Source of the DNA: a virus
Reading direction: 5' to 3' (one strand)
Length of the DNA: 64,000 bases
Virus record (IMG/VR): IMGVR_UViG_3300025133_000048
Location: 1-64,000 of that record
The position numbers and the translations under genes are program-made. This document shows positions 37,575 to 49,300 of the stretch, in pieces. The first letter of the stretch is position 1; each line of letters begins with the position of its first letter. The notes below the pieces were generated by a model. The model was not told the origin of the DNA. It searched no databases and saw only the letters and a list, made by a program, of their open reading frames with translations.

Positions 37575-38478
37575 ACCGATTTTTGCAAAATCCGCTAATT
37601 CCGGATCAGAAGGAACAGAGTCTCCCGATTTTATTGTAGCCAAGTCCAAAGATTTAGATACATATATTCCTCCTATTGACTTCTCAACAGCATCTAACTT
37701 TGTTCGTTTTGGTTCTGGTGAAGAATATTATGCCGAGAGTATTAAGAGGATTTATAACGATTATCCGTATGATGGATCAGCTAAAGAAAAGACAAACTTC
37801 TATCTAAGCTCTTCTTATTTAGATAAATGGATGATTGATAATAAGTATCCAAGATATTCAGGATATGCTGCTTTTGATGGAACATCTTACTTGCAAGTAA
37901 ACAGGGGTTATCAAGAAGCAACAGTTCCATCGTCAACTAAGCTCTCAACACTCTTTGGTTCCAAGAAGGTTATACAAGATACAACAAAAAGAAGAAAACA
38001 AACAGCTTATTTTGATTTTGATGATGGTGTAACTTGGGAATGGAGAATGAAGATTGATGGATTTAATGGCTCATATAGTGGATCTTATTTGTATAAATTT
38101 TCTTCCGATGTGGGCTTTATCAATGTGGCATTAATTCATCAAGATCATCCCGTCAGCCCTACAGGCCAAAGTGTATTTAATCTTAATATGTCCTCATCAG
38201 CAGGTTGGTTTGGAGCAACAATTTCAAATGACAACACTGTAACCACTTCGTCAATTGCAGACGGCTCATGGCACCATTATGCTATAAGTCTTTTTAGACT
38301 TGGATCTGATCTGGTATGTGATTTTTACTTTGATGGAAAGATAAATAAAAGAAAAGCGATAACAGCAGCCACATTTCCAAATCTGACCAGCTCTGTTACA
38401 AGCTTTATAATGTCCGGCTCTTGGAGTGTAGGTGCAACACCTTACGGCTCTGGTCCCTCAATTGACTTTGGAGGTTAA
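37564..38478 (+). CDS. Baseplate/tail protein carrying the N-terminal part of a LamG-like domain
   Basis: NFVRFGSGEEYY; TWEWRMK; WHHYAIS...FYFDG. Confidence 0.6.
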   Translation: MSTKPIFAKSANSGSEGTESPDFIVAKSKDLDTYIPPIDFSTASNFVRFGSGEEYYAESIKRIYNDYPYDGSAKEKTNFYLSSSYLDKWMIDNKYPRYSGYAAFDGTSYLQVNRGYQEATVPSSTKLSTLFGSKKVIQDTTKRRKQTAYFDFDDGVTWEWRMKIDGFNGSYSGSYLYKFSSDVGFINVALIHQDHPVSPTGQSVFNLNMSSSAGWFGATISNDNTVTTSSIADGSWHHYAISLFRLGSDLVCDFYFDGKINKRKAITAATFPNLTSSVTSFIMSGSWSVGATPYGSGPSIDFGG

Positions 38479-38487
38479 AAATAATTT

Positions 38488-41400
38488 ATGGCTATTACAC
38501 TTACTATACATTCTTGTTCATTTGACGAGTTTCGTTTTTGGAATAAAAAACGAACACCAGAAGAAATTTATAGAAACTATCAATCAACAATTGATGGCGG
38601 CGCTTCAACAGACGACTACAAGACAGAACTTTCAATGTATTTTAAATTCAATGAAGGTAACACAGGCACAGACTCTGAGGACAGAGTAGTCCTTGACTAT
38701 TCCGGAAGAATTTCAAATGCATATTGGCAGGATTATTCTGCTGGTCTTCGTGCCACTGGTTCTTCTTTAACCTCTGAAAGAGGCGATCTGATTATAAGAT
38801 CCAGTCACCCAGATGTTATTGCTCTAGAGACTGAAATGCAAACTAGCGGATCTAATCATGATGCTAATAATAACATGTATTTGTATGATCTGACGCCACA
38901 ATGGATAAGAGATGAAGATGAACAAAATGGAAAAGAGTTCAAGAAGCTTGTTCAAATAATTGGTTCTTATTTTGATACTCTATACGCACAAGTGGAAAGA
39001 CTACCGGAACTTCGTGATAAGGGCTATACAACTTCGAATAACAAAGCAAAGCCATTTGCGAATCGTCTTCTAAGCGATAAAGGGTTTAATGTTGAGGATG
39101 TTTTAACCAATCGATCAATTTTGGAATTTTTCAATTCCCGCGATCTGAATGGTAATAAATACGAAAAAGAAATTACAGAGATAAAGAATCTAATTTATCT
39201 CAACATTTACAACAACCTCGAACACATTTACAAATCAAAAGGCACCGAAAAATCATACCGAAATCTTCTTCGGTGCTTTGGCATAGATGATGAAATAGTA
39301 AAGCTTAACCTCTATACAGACAATGCAACACAATATCTTGTTGACAAGACCAAACACACCTCACAAAAGACCAAGCATATTGATTTTTCTAGACCTGCTC
39401 GTTTCGGAGCAACAGTGTACCAACAGAATTTCATTTCTGGCTCAAAACTTGAGAGATTAGAGAAGAATTTAGCACTAACTGCCGAAGTTGAGGTATTAGT
39501 ACCGGTAAAACCAAAGCAAACAGATTCTTCTTATTTTTACACAAGTTTTCAATCATCTTCGGTATTTGGACTTGATGCAGTAGATTCATCCGGAGTTCAA
39601 TATAGTGGATCAAACCTCCACGACAACTTTCAATTATATTTGGTTAAAGATGCCGTGGAGAGTACACGAGCCAAATGGGTTCTAGAACAAATAAATCATG
39701 GCACATCCACAACCTCAATTGTATTGACTTCTTCTTATTATGATGAGATCTATAACAATCAAAGATGGAACTTGGCGGTTAGAGTATACCCTGAAGGTTA
39801 TCCCTTTGCTGGTTCATACCTAACTTCATCTAATCCTTCATACACTTTGGAACTTTATGGAGTTTCTCACAATTTAGACGAAGTCTTGCATGAATTTAAT
39901 GTATCAACGACTCTATTACATGAAACAGGCTCATCACTATTATCAGCTGATAAGAAAGCATATGTTGGTGCTCGTCGCACCAATTGGTCTGGCTCGGTTG
40001 TTACCAATAGTGATGTTAAGATCGCTGCGACCTCAATTTACTTTGATAAGCTCAATAATAAATCAATAAAACAGCATAACAAAGATCCCATGAATTATGG
40101 GCATGATAAAGTATTTGGAAATCCAACGCTTTTTGCTACAAACCAAAGCGGAGTTCACATTCCAGCCCAAGATAGCTTGGCACTTCATTGGGATTTTCAA
40201 ACGGTATCAACTTCTGATTCAAGCGGAGAGTTTGTAGTTGAGGATTACTCAAGCGGCTCTTCAACAGGAAGATATGGATGGCTTGAAAATGTAATCAAAG
40301 CAGAACACAAAGGAACCGGAGATGAATTTCCAGTTTCTTCAACAGCTGTTGTATCAAACGAGTTTATTTTCGCTTCAAAGAAAGAGCTTCCAGAGATCTC
40401 CTTTACATCCGACACAATAAAGATAATGGGAGATGCCGATACCTTTCTCTATGAAGATGAAGACGTTACCGACAACATTTTTTCATTTGAAAAGAGTATG
40501 TATCAATCAGTATCAGAAAACATGCTAAACATGTTCTCAACAATCGTTGAGTATTCTAATCTATTTTCAAAGCCAATTGATAGATACAGACAGGATTATA
40601 AGAGATTAGACCATGCTCGCCAAATCTTTTTCGAAAGAGTAACAGGTGACATGGATTTGGACAAATTCACAGAGTATTTTAAGTGGATTGATCGATCAGT
40701 TTCCTATTTTTTAGAACAGCTTCATCCGGCTTCTGCCAAGTTCAATGCAGGACTGTCGGACATGGTTGAATCTCATATTCTCGAGAGACCAAAGTACCAA
40801 CATAGGTTTCCATCAATTGAATCTAAAACAATAACCGACAGCGGAGTCAAAGGCGGAATCAAAGGTATAGCAGAGCGCCGTTATAATTGGCAATACGGAC
40901 ATGCTCCGGATTATAAAAACGAAGACTACAATGCAAAAGCAGTTAGCCTTGCATCCACATGTTGTTTACAATATGCAGATAGAACCGTATTTACCGGTTC
41001 TTCCGGAGCACTTTCAATAGGGTTTTGGTTTAAGCCTGCGAACACCACCATTGGCCGAGTTATAATTGACTTTGGTAATAATTTAAAAATCTCACAAAAT
41101 GCTACAAACAAAATAGTTGCAACGATTGTCACGTCTGGTGGAGTATCAGTCGGAACAACTACTGCCAACCCAGTTACAACCGATGCATTTATTTTAATTT
41201 CTTGGGACCATGCTGATCCGACTAATGGAGATGTTAACATATATATTCGAGGCTCTGTGGAAGAAGACATGGCATATAGCGCAGGAGCAACCGCATTTAG
41301 GGCCCTAGACGCTGGGTCTTTACAAATTGGATCAGCAGCGGTTGATGGCGATGTATTTGATGAAGTGTCCATTTGGGACAAAATAATGACAGCAGCTGAT

Positions 41401-43395
41401 GCCACAAGCATCTATAATTCTGGTGTTGCACAAAATCTTTTAAATCACCCATCCGCATCTAATCTCGTATCTTATTACAGAATGGGAGACCACCCAGATG
41501 ACCCAGATGATGACCCATATAAAGGCTTGACGCTGAAAGATTCAAAAAGCGGATATCACCTATCTGTAAAAGGTGTCGGCTCTACTTACACGACTGCTAT
41601 TCCTACATCTTTTAAAGTGCCAAATACAAACAAAAATATTCATTGTTTATGGCATAATGATAGAGAAGAAAGATCCGGAACAAACAGTCCGGACCGAGAG
41701 CAAATTAGAAAAGTATTGACGACACAAAAAGATGCTGTTGGGCCTAGTTTTGGAGACAATAGTCAAAACATTTATACTGGTGGCACTTATGCTTTGAGAA
41801 GATTTGCAAATCCTTATAAGTTTAGTGCCGAAGAGCAAAGAACCATACATGGCGGAACAAACTATGCGACACCAAAAGATCGCGATTTCATAAAGCCACT
41901 TGTAGCACCCCACGGAACTACTTCTGATGGTGCCCCACAGAATGTCGTTGTTTTAGGTGTGGGAACAGGTCAAGGACTAATAGATCCCTCTCCTTGCGAA
42001 GACGTTGAGCTTGGCCCAACAGAGAAGGAGAAATATAATTCAGTTGCGATCGTAGGTGTTTATTCTAATTTCGACGGGTCTGCTCCTGCTTCTGGATCAA
42101 GTGTATATGCTACACCAGAATTTGCGTATAACATAAAAGGCGAAAAGATCTTTCCTTTCAACCTAATCAAAGGTACTAACGATAGTGGCTATAATTCAAC
42201 AATCCACAATCTTTATGAAAAAGATGCAATTCTAACCAACCTACATTCAGATACAACTGACTATACCAACGAAATACCAATTCAAGGCCCATTTACAAAT
42301 CAATGGGTTGGTGGAAGACAATCCAGACATGTTGGCATTAATTTAGGAACAGACGGAGCCACTTCGAGACCTGAAGAGTGGAGAATTTTAGTTGGAGAGC
42401 ATGAGTCACTAGATGTCGTTGACGGCGCTCTGGGCTTTACTGGTCCTGATTACGGAGGACCATATCCCGATGCCACCCGCCCATGGGCTATTCGTTATCG
42501 TGACACCCGTGCAAAAAGACCGGTCAATGTTGCAAATGTTAGTGGATCACAATACAATTTAGGAAACTACCAGAGAAACTATGAAGTAATAAATGTGGTA
42601 GGTAGAAAAGAAAACAATAGAATCTTCCGAATCAGTGGCTCAATAAGAAATTATTTAGCAACAGACATTTCAGTATTACCAGAAACTACAAACCAAATAG
42701 GGTTATTGGGCATAGATTCCTCAACCAACGGAAACACACAGCTTAATTTCGAAGGGACAAATAGGATTTCCGATGGGGTGAAACAACAGTCTGATTGGGA
42801 AAACAATTCTGCTGGCAATGAAACCGTGATTGTAAGTCGCTTCTCTGCTCCCGGCGGTATTGAAACCGGCCCTGCTTATATGGATGTATATTCAAAAGAA
42901 TACTCCCCCTATAACTCTTTGAACTATAGAAACTATACTGTTATTGGACGAGCAGACACTGGATCTGCTGGAAACAGTGGAGAATCTGGTACAATCAGAG
43001 TTAATTCGCATGCTGACCGACGAGAGGGCTTGAATCATCTTCATGCAAGGCATTCTGGTAAGTTTGGTATTGATTCACTACATGGAGCGGTTTCCGCAAC
43101 AGACTATGTGGTCGAACCATCGTTTCACAAAATACATAGAAATACAGCATTACGACCAATCAGTGGATCATCTGCAATAGATGAAATTCATGACAACTTC
43201 TTTATTCAATCAGTTTTGCCACAATCTGACTACAATTATAGTTGGGTAACTTCTTCATTAGGAAGTAATTACTCTGTTAGAAGCGGAACACAAAAAGTCT
43301 TTGGATTTTGGCCTAAGAGCGGCATCTTATCCTCTTCAAGTGGATTTGATTCGGCCATTTCGTTTCCATCTGCATCACAAATATACGGGAGTTAA
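38488..43395 (+). CDS. Large baseplate/tail protein with LamG-like domains (1635 aa)
   Basis: FDEFRFW; IYKSKGTEKS.RNLLRCFG (wedge/tail-I-like motif); SIGFWFK...FDEVSIWD...IYNSG...YYRMGD. Confidence 0.7.
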   Translation: MAITLTIHSCSFDEFRFWNKKRTPEEIYRNYQSTIDGGASTDDYKTELSMYFKFNEGNTGTDSEDRVVLDYSGRISNAYWQDYSAGLRATGSSLTSERGDLIIRSSHPDVIALETEMQTSGSNHDANNNMYLYDLTPQWIRDEDEQNGKEFKKLVQIIGSYFDTLYAQVERLPELRDKGYTTSNNKAKPFANRLLSDKGFNVEDVLTNRSILEFFNSRDLNGNKYEKEITEIKNLIYLNIYNNLEHIYKSKGTEKSYRNLLRCFGIDDEIVKLNLYTDNATQYLVDKTKHTSQKTKHIDFSRPARFGATVYQQNFISGSKLERLEKNLALTAEVEVLVPVKPKQTDSSYFYTSFQSSSVFGLDAVDSSGVQYSGSNLHDNFQLYLVKDAVESTRAKWVLEQINHGTSTTSIVLTSSYYDEIYNNQRWNLAVRVYPEGYPFAGSYLTSSNPSYTLELYGVSHNLDEVLHEFNVSTTLLHETGSSLLSADKKAYVGARRTNWSGSVVTNSDVKIAATSIYFDKLNNKSIKQHNKDPMNYGHDKVFGNPTLFATNQSGVHIPAQDSLALHWDFQTVSTSDSSGEFVVEDYSSGSSTGRYGWLENVIKAEHKGTGDEFPVSSTAVVSNEFIFASKKELPEISFTSDTIKIMGDADTFLYEDEDVTDNIFSFEKSMYQSVSENMLNMFSTIVEYSNLFSKPIDRYRQDYKRLDHARQIFFERVTGDMDLDKFTEYFKWIDRSVSYFLEQLHPASAKFNAGLSDMVESHILERPKYQHRFPSIESKTITDSGVKGGIKGIAERRYNWQYGHAPDYKNEDYNAKAVSLASTCCLQYADRTVFTGSSGALSIGFWFKPANTTIGRVIIDFGNNLKISQNATNKIVATIVTSGGVSVGTTTANPVTTDAFILISWDHADPTNGDVNIYIRGSVEEDMAYSAGATAFRALDAGSLQIGSAAVDGDVFDEVSIWDKIMTAADATSIYNSGVAQNLLNHPSASNLVSYYRMGDHPDDPDDDPYKGLTLKDSKSGYHLSVKGVGSTYTTAIPTSFKVPNTNKNIHCLWHNDREERSGTNSPDREQIRKVLTTQKDAVGPSFGDNSQNIYTGGTYALRRFANPYKFSAEEQRTIHGGTNYATPKDRDFIKPLVAPHGTTSDGAPQNVVVLGVGTGQGLIDPSPCEDVELGPTEKEKYNSVAIVGVYSNFDGSAPASGSSVYATPEFAYNIKGEKIFPFNLIKGTNDSGYNSTIHNLYEKDAILTNLHSDTTDYTNEIPIQGPFTNQWVGGRQSRHVGINLGTDGATSRPEEWRILVGEHESLDVVDGALGFTGPDYGGPYPDATRPWAIRYRDTRAKRPVNVANVSGSQYNLGNYQRNYEVINVVGRKENNRIFRISGSIRNYLATDISVLPETTNQIGLLGIDSSTNGNTQLNFEGTNRISDGVKQQSDWENNSAGNETVIVSRFSAPGGIETGPAYMDVYSKEYSPYNSLNYRNYTVIGRADTGSAGNSGESGTIRVNSHADRREGLNHLHARHSGKFGIDSLHGAVSATDYVVEPSFHKIHRNTALRPISGSSAIDEIHDNFFIQSVLPQSDYNYSWVTSSLGSNYSVRSGTQKVFGFWPKSGILSSSSGFDSAISFPSASQIYGS

Positions 43396-43397
43396 TA

Positions 43398-46300
43398 ATG
43401 CCAATTAATTTGGATTTAGTGGGACTGAATACACTTGTCAATGAGCCAATCACTTCATCAACGAATACGATAGGTTACCAACCGCACGAACATATCGTTC
43501 GCCGCGCATTAGCAAATAAGTATGTAGACGATGGAGGTTCTGCCTCAGATTACTACATAGCCAGTAAAGAAACTGGTTTTAGCGGATATACAACGACTGG
43601 TCCATTGTCAATTACATTTTGGGCAAAAATAGATTTAGACGAATCAGTGCGAAGCGAGCACAATTCACATGTATTATTGGCAACTGATGGGGCCAATAAT
43701 TCATTAGCAATTGTCTTCCACCACACAGCACAAGACAGTGGCAATTATACTGGTGGTAAGATTATTTTTAGTGTTCTAGAAGGCTCAAATGTAAATCAAT
43801 TTTATTGGACCTCACTTAGCACTTCTTGGAGTATACTGGGTTCACTAAACCACTTTGCTTTAGTTTGGGATGGGGACAAAGATTCAAATCCTGTTCTCTA
43901 TATTAACGGTGAACAAACTGTTGATTCACAATTTCTATTTTCGGTATCTAATAGAAATATGACTACAAGCACGAGAAACAACATCGATCTATTGCGAGTT
44001 GGCGGGTCGGCCCAAGATGAAAATAATTTGCATGGCTCCATGTCTGAATTGGTTTTATGGAAGAAGCAACTTTCTTCTGCCGAAGCTAGATCGTTCTATA
44101 GAGAGCGAAGATTTGTTGACTACTCAATTTATTCATCCGATATTATAGACTATTGGAAGTTAGGCGAAGATCTAGCGAGTACTTTTAAAATCGGAGACTC
44201 TGTTGCATTGAGTACCACAATTAGTTCCGCGATATCAAACAATGATCTAACAACATCTGCCAACACAACAGTGGCCAAAGGTCTTGTCTTTGATTCTATT
44301 GTTAATTTGAATGTTGGAATTATAAATGCAGATGATTATCTGGTAGCACTCAACATACATCGAAATGGGTTGTATGGCTATCCCATATTCAAGCAGATAA
44401 GAGCAGGGCAAAATCCTCTTACAAGGTATCATAACAACAACTCTATCTTTTCGTATGTTTCGGAAGTTGGAGAGATCAAACAGAAATTTAATGGTTCTCA
44501 ATTGATTCAAACCTATAGAGAAAAACGAGGAAGCTTATATCAAATAACCGAATCTGTTGTCATTTCTTCAAATAAGCCAATCATGCTCGTAGGATCCGTA
44601 CAAAGAGGTGATGATGATAATGGAGAATTGGACAGAGTAGAGATTCTAACATCTTTCAATAATGAAAACCAATACTTTGCAAATGAACAGGCCAACAGAC
44701 ATCATGGCATCATTTACGATGTAGTAGAAGGATACGATGAGCTAAGCGACATTTATTTAGATGGTGGATTAGACGGAGACAATTCTCCTTTAGATCAATT
44801 TGAATTGTTGAAATATTCACAAACAATTTATCCAAAAGCCGGAAACAGTTATCTGAACGAAGTAAGGGGTCGCCCTAACTTTGAATCTGGCTATTGGAGA
44901 GATCTCCGAACCAATAGAAATGAAACAGGGGCAATAGATAACGGCTTTGGCTTTACAATTCCATCACAATCTGTGTGGGTATTAGACACAGAAGATAATT
45001 GGGCTGCAAGAACCCTATCTGCCTCTGTTGGTTCATTTACAGCATCAATTGGATGCGATTTTGATTTTAACACATCCTCGGGTTCTGCCGGTGGTTTCGA
45101 GTTCGGAGCAGCAGAGATCTCTTTCTTTGCTTATGATGCCGATGGTAATGATCCCGGTGTTATTTCGGATTACACCACAGCACAAGTTGGTGACATCGTC
45201 GGTTATAGAATAACTGCCGAGAAGTATTCATTGAACTCGGTTGATGGTACCGCAAGATTCTGGAATGCATGGTCTAATGCAATGGATGCTGGTAACTTTA
45301 GAGTTGATCCATATACTGCGAATTACATCACAAGATCTGCATACACATCGACTGGCAATGATGATTCTGATCCGTTTTACCTACAAGTCAATTCATCTAC
45401 ATTTAATGAAGCAACTTGGAAATCAGAATTTGATAATCTTTATCTTCACTTTTGGGCAAAGGACATTTCTTCAACAACAGAAGGGTATCTTTATCGTGAA
45501 GTGGACTCAACACAAATCAACAGAAGATCAGTGTATTTCAGTGGCTCTACAATAGAGGTATTACATTCCACCGTATTTAATAATCAATTTGAAGATGGAG
45601 CAACATCTATTCACACCGGCTCAACGAAAGCACTTGGTGCCGTAGCCATATCACATGATTTAGATGCAGAGTCCACCTCTAGGGGTCAAGAGTGGAATAA
45701 CCACATAATAAAGTTATCTAGTAACTCTGGATCTATAAGTCAAACAAGTGATATAAACTTTAAATTGAATGGCAATTTGAGATTTAGTCCGAACTGGAGT
45801 GCGACTTCTATAAGCGACACACTAAACTTTTACACTGCCAACAAGACCGCAACAACTTTATTTACAAGTACAACAGCACAAGGCAAAAACACCAATGATA
45901 GTTTCACCAACGGATCGGGACCGTACAATCTTTCTATGGGATCAGCAGATAGGCTTATAACATTTTTTCTCAAAGTAATCGGAACCACAACCCAAACTAT
46001 TTTCAAGTTCTATACCAACTCTAACAATTTCATATTTGGTCAAATTAGTGGAACAACCTTGACAATCTCTATTTTTAGCACTTCTAGCGGATCGCTCAAA
46101 ACTAGAGTCTATACATATGATGTTTCCGATCATATAGGAACTCTCACCAAATACATAATTTTTGATGAGACCGCTGCAGGACAGTATGTCCCATTGAAGC
46201 TTTATGCCTACACCACCAGCGGACTGGTTGAAATAGCAGGCAGCGAAGCTTACTCAGACCCTCTTCCTAGAGCCGCTCTTGCTACCACTTTTCAACAATA

Positions 46301-49300
46301 CAGCTTGTATTCAATTGATTCCGATTCGTACGGAGGAGGGCAAATCCTAGCAGATTTCGCAATTATAACGGGCTCCGCCTTTACAGAAGCACATCTCAAT
46401 TTATTGGCAAATTCTGGTTCGACAATAGACCTTACAAGTTCTTATTGGACAGGCCCAGATCCTGTCGCATGGTGGAGATTAGGCAATGGATCCAGCGATC
46501 CAGCAAACTATGATGGAAATGATGGTTCAAAAGATATTTTGCATGATTATGCTGGGTATGCTGGTGGTCCTTATCACATTACGGCATCAGTCGGTTTTAC
46601 CACCACTGCTAATACAGGCCCTCCAAGAAACCTCACAGACCGCATCGGTTATCACACATCTTCTGTATCCGAAGTATTTGTTATGTGTGCGACCTCAAGC
46701 ACCAACAATGTAGCAACAGATTACTTTAAGAACGGAAACATCGCAGAATTAGCACTGTTTTCTGGCTCAACAAGCTTCAATAGTTCTGAATTAGCAGTGT
46801 CTCCAAAGTATTGTTATGTGGATCTCACAAGCTCAGCAGTGACAGGACAAACAGCATCGCTGTGGTATGCTTTCAGTGGTTCTTCAGATTTCTTCGCAGC
46901 AACAAGCAGTGTTGTCGCAAACATAGGAACAGGACTATCAGCAACCTATACACTGTCATCATCTTATGCCAGTACTTCTCCCTCGGGATCCAAGACACAA
47001 GGCTTGGTCACTGGTGGTTCCGCCGTATTTACATTCAAAGCCAACCAACCGCTACAAGGACAAGGAACCAATCAGGCCCTACCCGGAAGCGGTATACTAA
47101 ACTTTGTTTCTTCTGCTGTTGCTGGTGATGCTTTATCTGATACATTTTTCTTAGGAGCGACCTACAATGCTTCCGGAAGTCCCGGAATACTTCAAAATTC
47201 CTATAATTCATTCAATGCCGAAGTGCTTGACACTACTTTAAACTTGGATGATCAGCTCTATGCCGCACCTTCATATACTCGGAGACATTCGTTGAAGATT
47301 TCAAGTTCATTTGGAAATCCATTTGGAATCAACCCACAGATAGGTGCCACAAGAAACCTTTTAGAATTTGAATTATTCCAAGGAACCGCTTTTTGGGATG
47401 TCCCGACACAATCAGGTAGAAATCCGTTTTATGATTCTTATGATGCTTATGCTGAAAACATTAGGCTTTTTGCAAAAGACCATACGGTGGTACCGGAATT
47501 TAAGATCTCAAATCATATAGATAGATATTTGAATTCCGGAGATACTGATTTTGGCGCCAACGATCTCCCGCTTCTGGAAATCACCGGCGGTAAATCTGGT
47601 GCCTCTAATTCCGATGAAGCAGAATTCTTCGAGGTTTATTCAACTACGGACTTTTTGAAGAACTTTGAAATCATACAAGACGATCATAAGGGTTTTGTCG
47701 ACCCATTGGCACTTACACTTAAGTGCAAAGCGGTCAAGAAGCTGCTACCTTATGAAGGCTTTTATCCGGCACAGAGAACAGTTGATATCGCAAAACAGTT
47801 TTACGATTCATACGGACAACACTTAAACTTCAGCTCTTCCTTTGCCGACGGCACAGGTGCCGACTATGCAACACAGTTCCTTCTTCAACCTCTATTTTCT
47901 CCCGGAATCTTGTTCAATTCAATCAAATCTGGGATAGCATGTGATTATCCAATGATGACAGGATCATTCACCACTTCATCAATAGAGCTAGATGGTAACA
48001 CCACCGGATCTTATTACATCAATGAACAATTCCACAGAAGAGTGCCATTTGAAGCCCTCCTAGAACCAGAAAAACACCTAGCCAATTTTACCATGGGGTC
48101 GCAAGAACCAGATCCTAGGGGTTCTGTTGACGCCACTGTTAATTGGAGCGGCCAAGGCGATCAGAAATACAGATTAATGATTTCAAACTTTTTATCTGAG
48201 GTCGGAGGTTTCTTTTTAGAAAATGAAAATTATACAACAATAGCCTCGCTCCCACAAGCCGATCCAAACTTCGGAAATGCAGAAGCAGGGAAGGCATACA
48301 TGATGAGAATATCACTATACCGATCCACACAAGGGCCCAAAGATGTTTGGACAACAGATCCAGCAAAATCTTATTATTCACCATCACCATCAGATCGGTT
48401 CGGTCTACCGCAAGACACAGGAAGCATAAACGAAACCATCACAATGTATTCTAGGCCAAGCGGATTTGGCCCACCACAAAGACTCCATCTGTCCGGTGCA
48501 TCGGGCATTAACCTCTCCGTTAAATTCAATAACTGGTCTGCATTTAAGAAAGATGGATCAATAGACACATTTTATACTAGAAATGATTCTGTGACAATAG
48601 AAGTTCATAGTGACCCAACCACACCAGCGAATGGCTCAACATTTGAGGACCTGCAAGTAGATTCAGACGGCCATTACCTAATGGGTAACGATGCCTCGCA
48701 AGGTTACAATTATCCATTTACACCTGCTTATTATCATGGCGAAGGCTGGGCAGATATCATTTTTAAACCAGCAACAACAAAAAAATACAGCCTTGAAGAA
48801 ATTATAAACTCGAGTTCGGTGGAATTTCTAAGGTTTTATGAACCAGTATTATCTGCATCTGAGGCCGGAACCTTCACCAGTCAGAGACTTGTTAACGAAG
48901 ATGCTATGCAATTGGCCTCTTCTATGAATATATTTTCTAAAGGTATTTTGTCTCAAGATTTCAAAAGCGACAATCCAGCAGATTCCTATCGCTGGATTAT
49001 ACAATCAAAGTTTGAATCGCCCGTTCTTAATTTTAATAAATATAGCTATACCGGCTCAACAAACAATTTTACTCTTCCAAACATAGCCCCAGAGACAACC
49101 CCCGTTGGAATGTGGCATCAGTATGGAGAAATCCCATCTCAACAAGAGGGAGTTTTCTTGCGAGTGACAGATGTCCCGAATCAGTGGATTCAGAACTCAA
49201 TGGGTGGAAATTCATCTTTAACATCCTCATTGGCAGACCTCTGTGGCTTCTCTGCCGATCCTGTTAGAGTTGGAGAGATCAAATCAACTAAAACCGTAAA

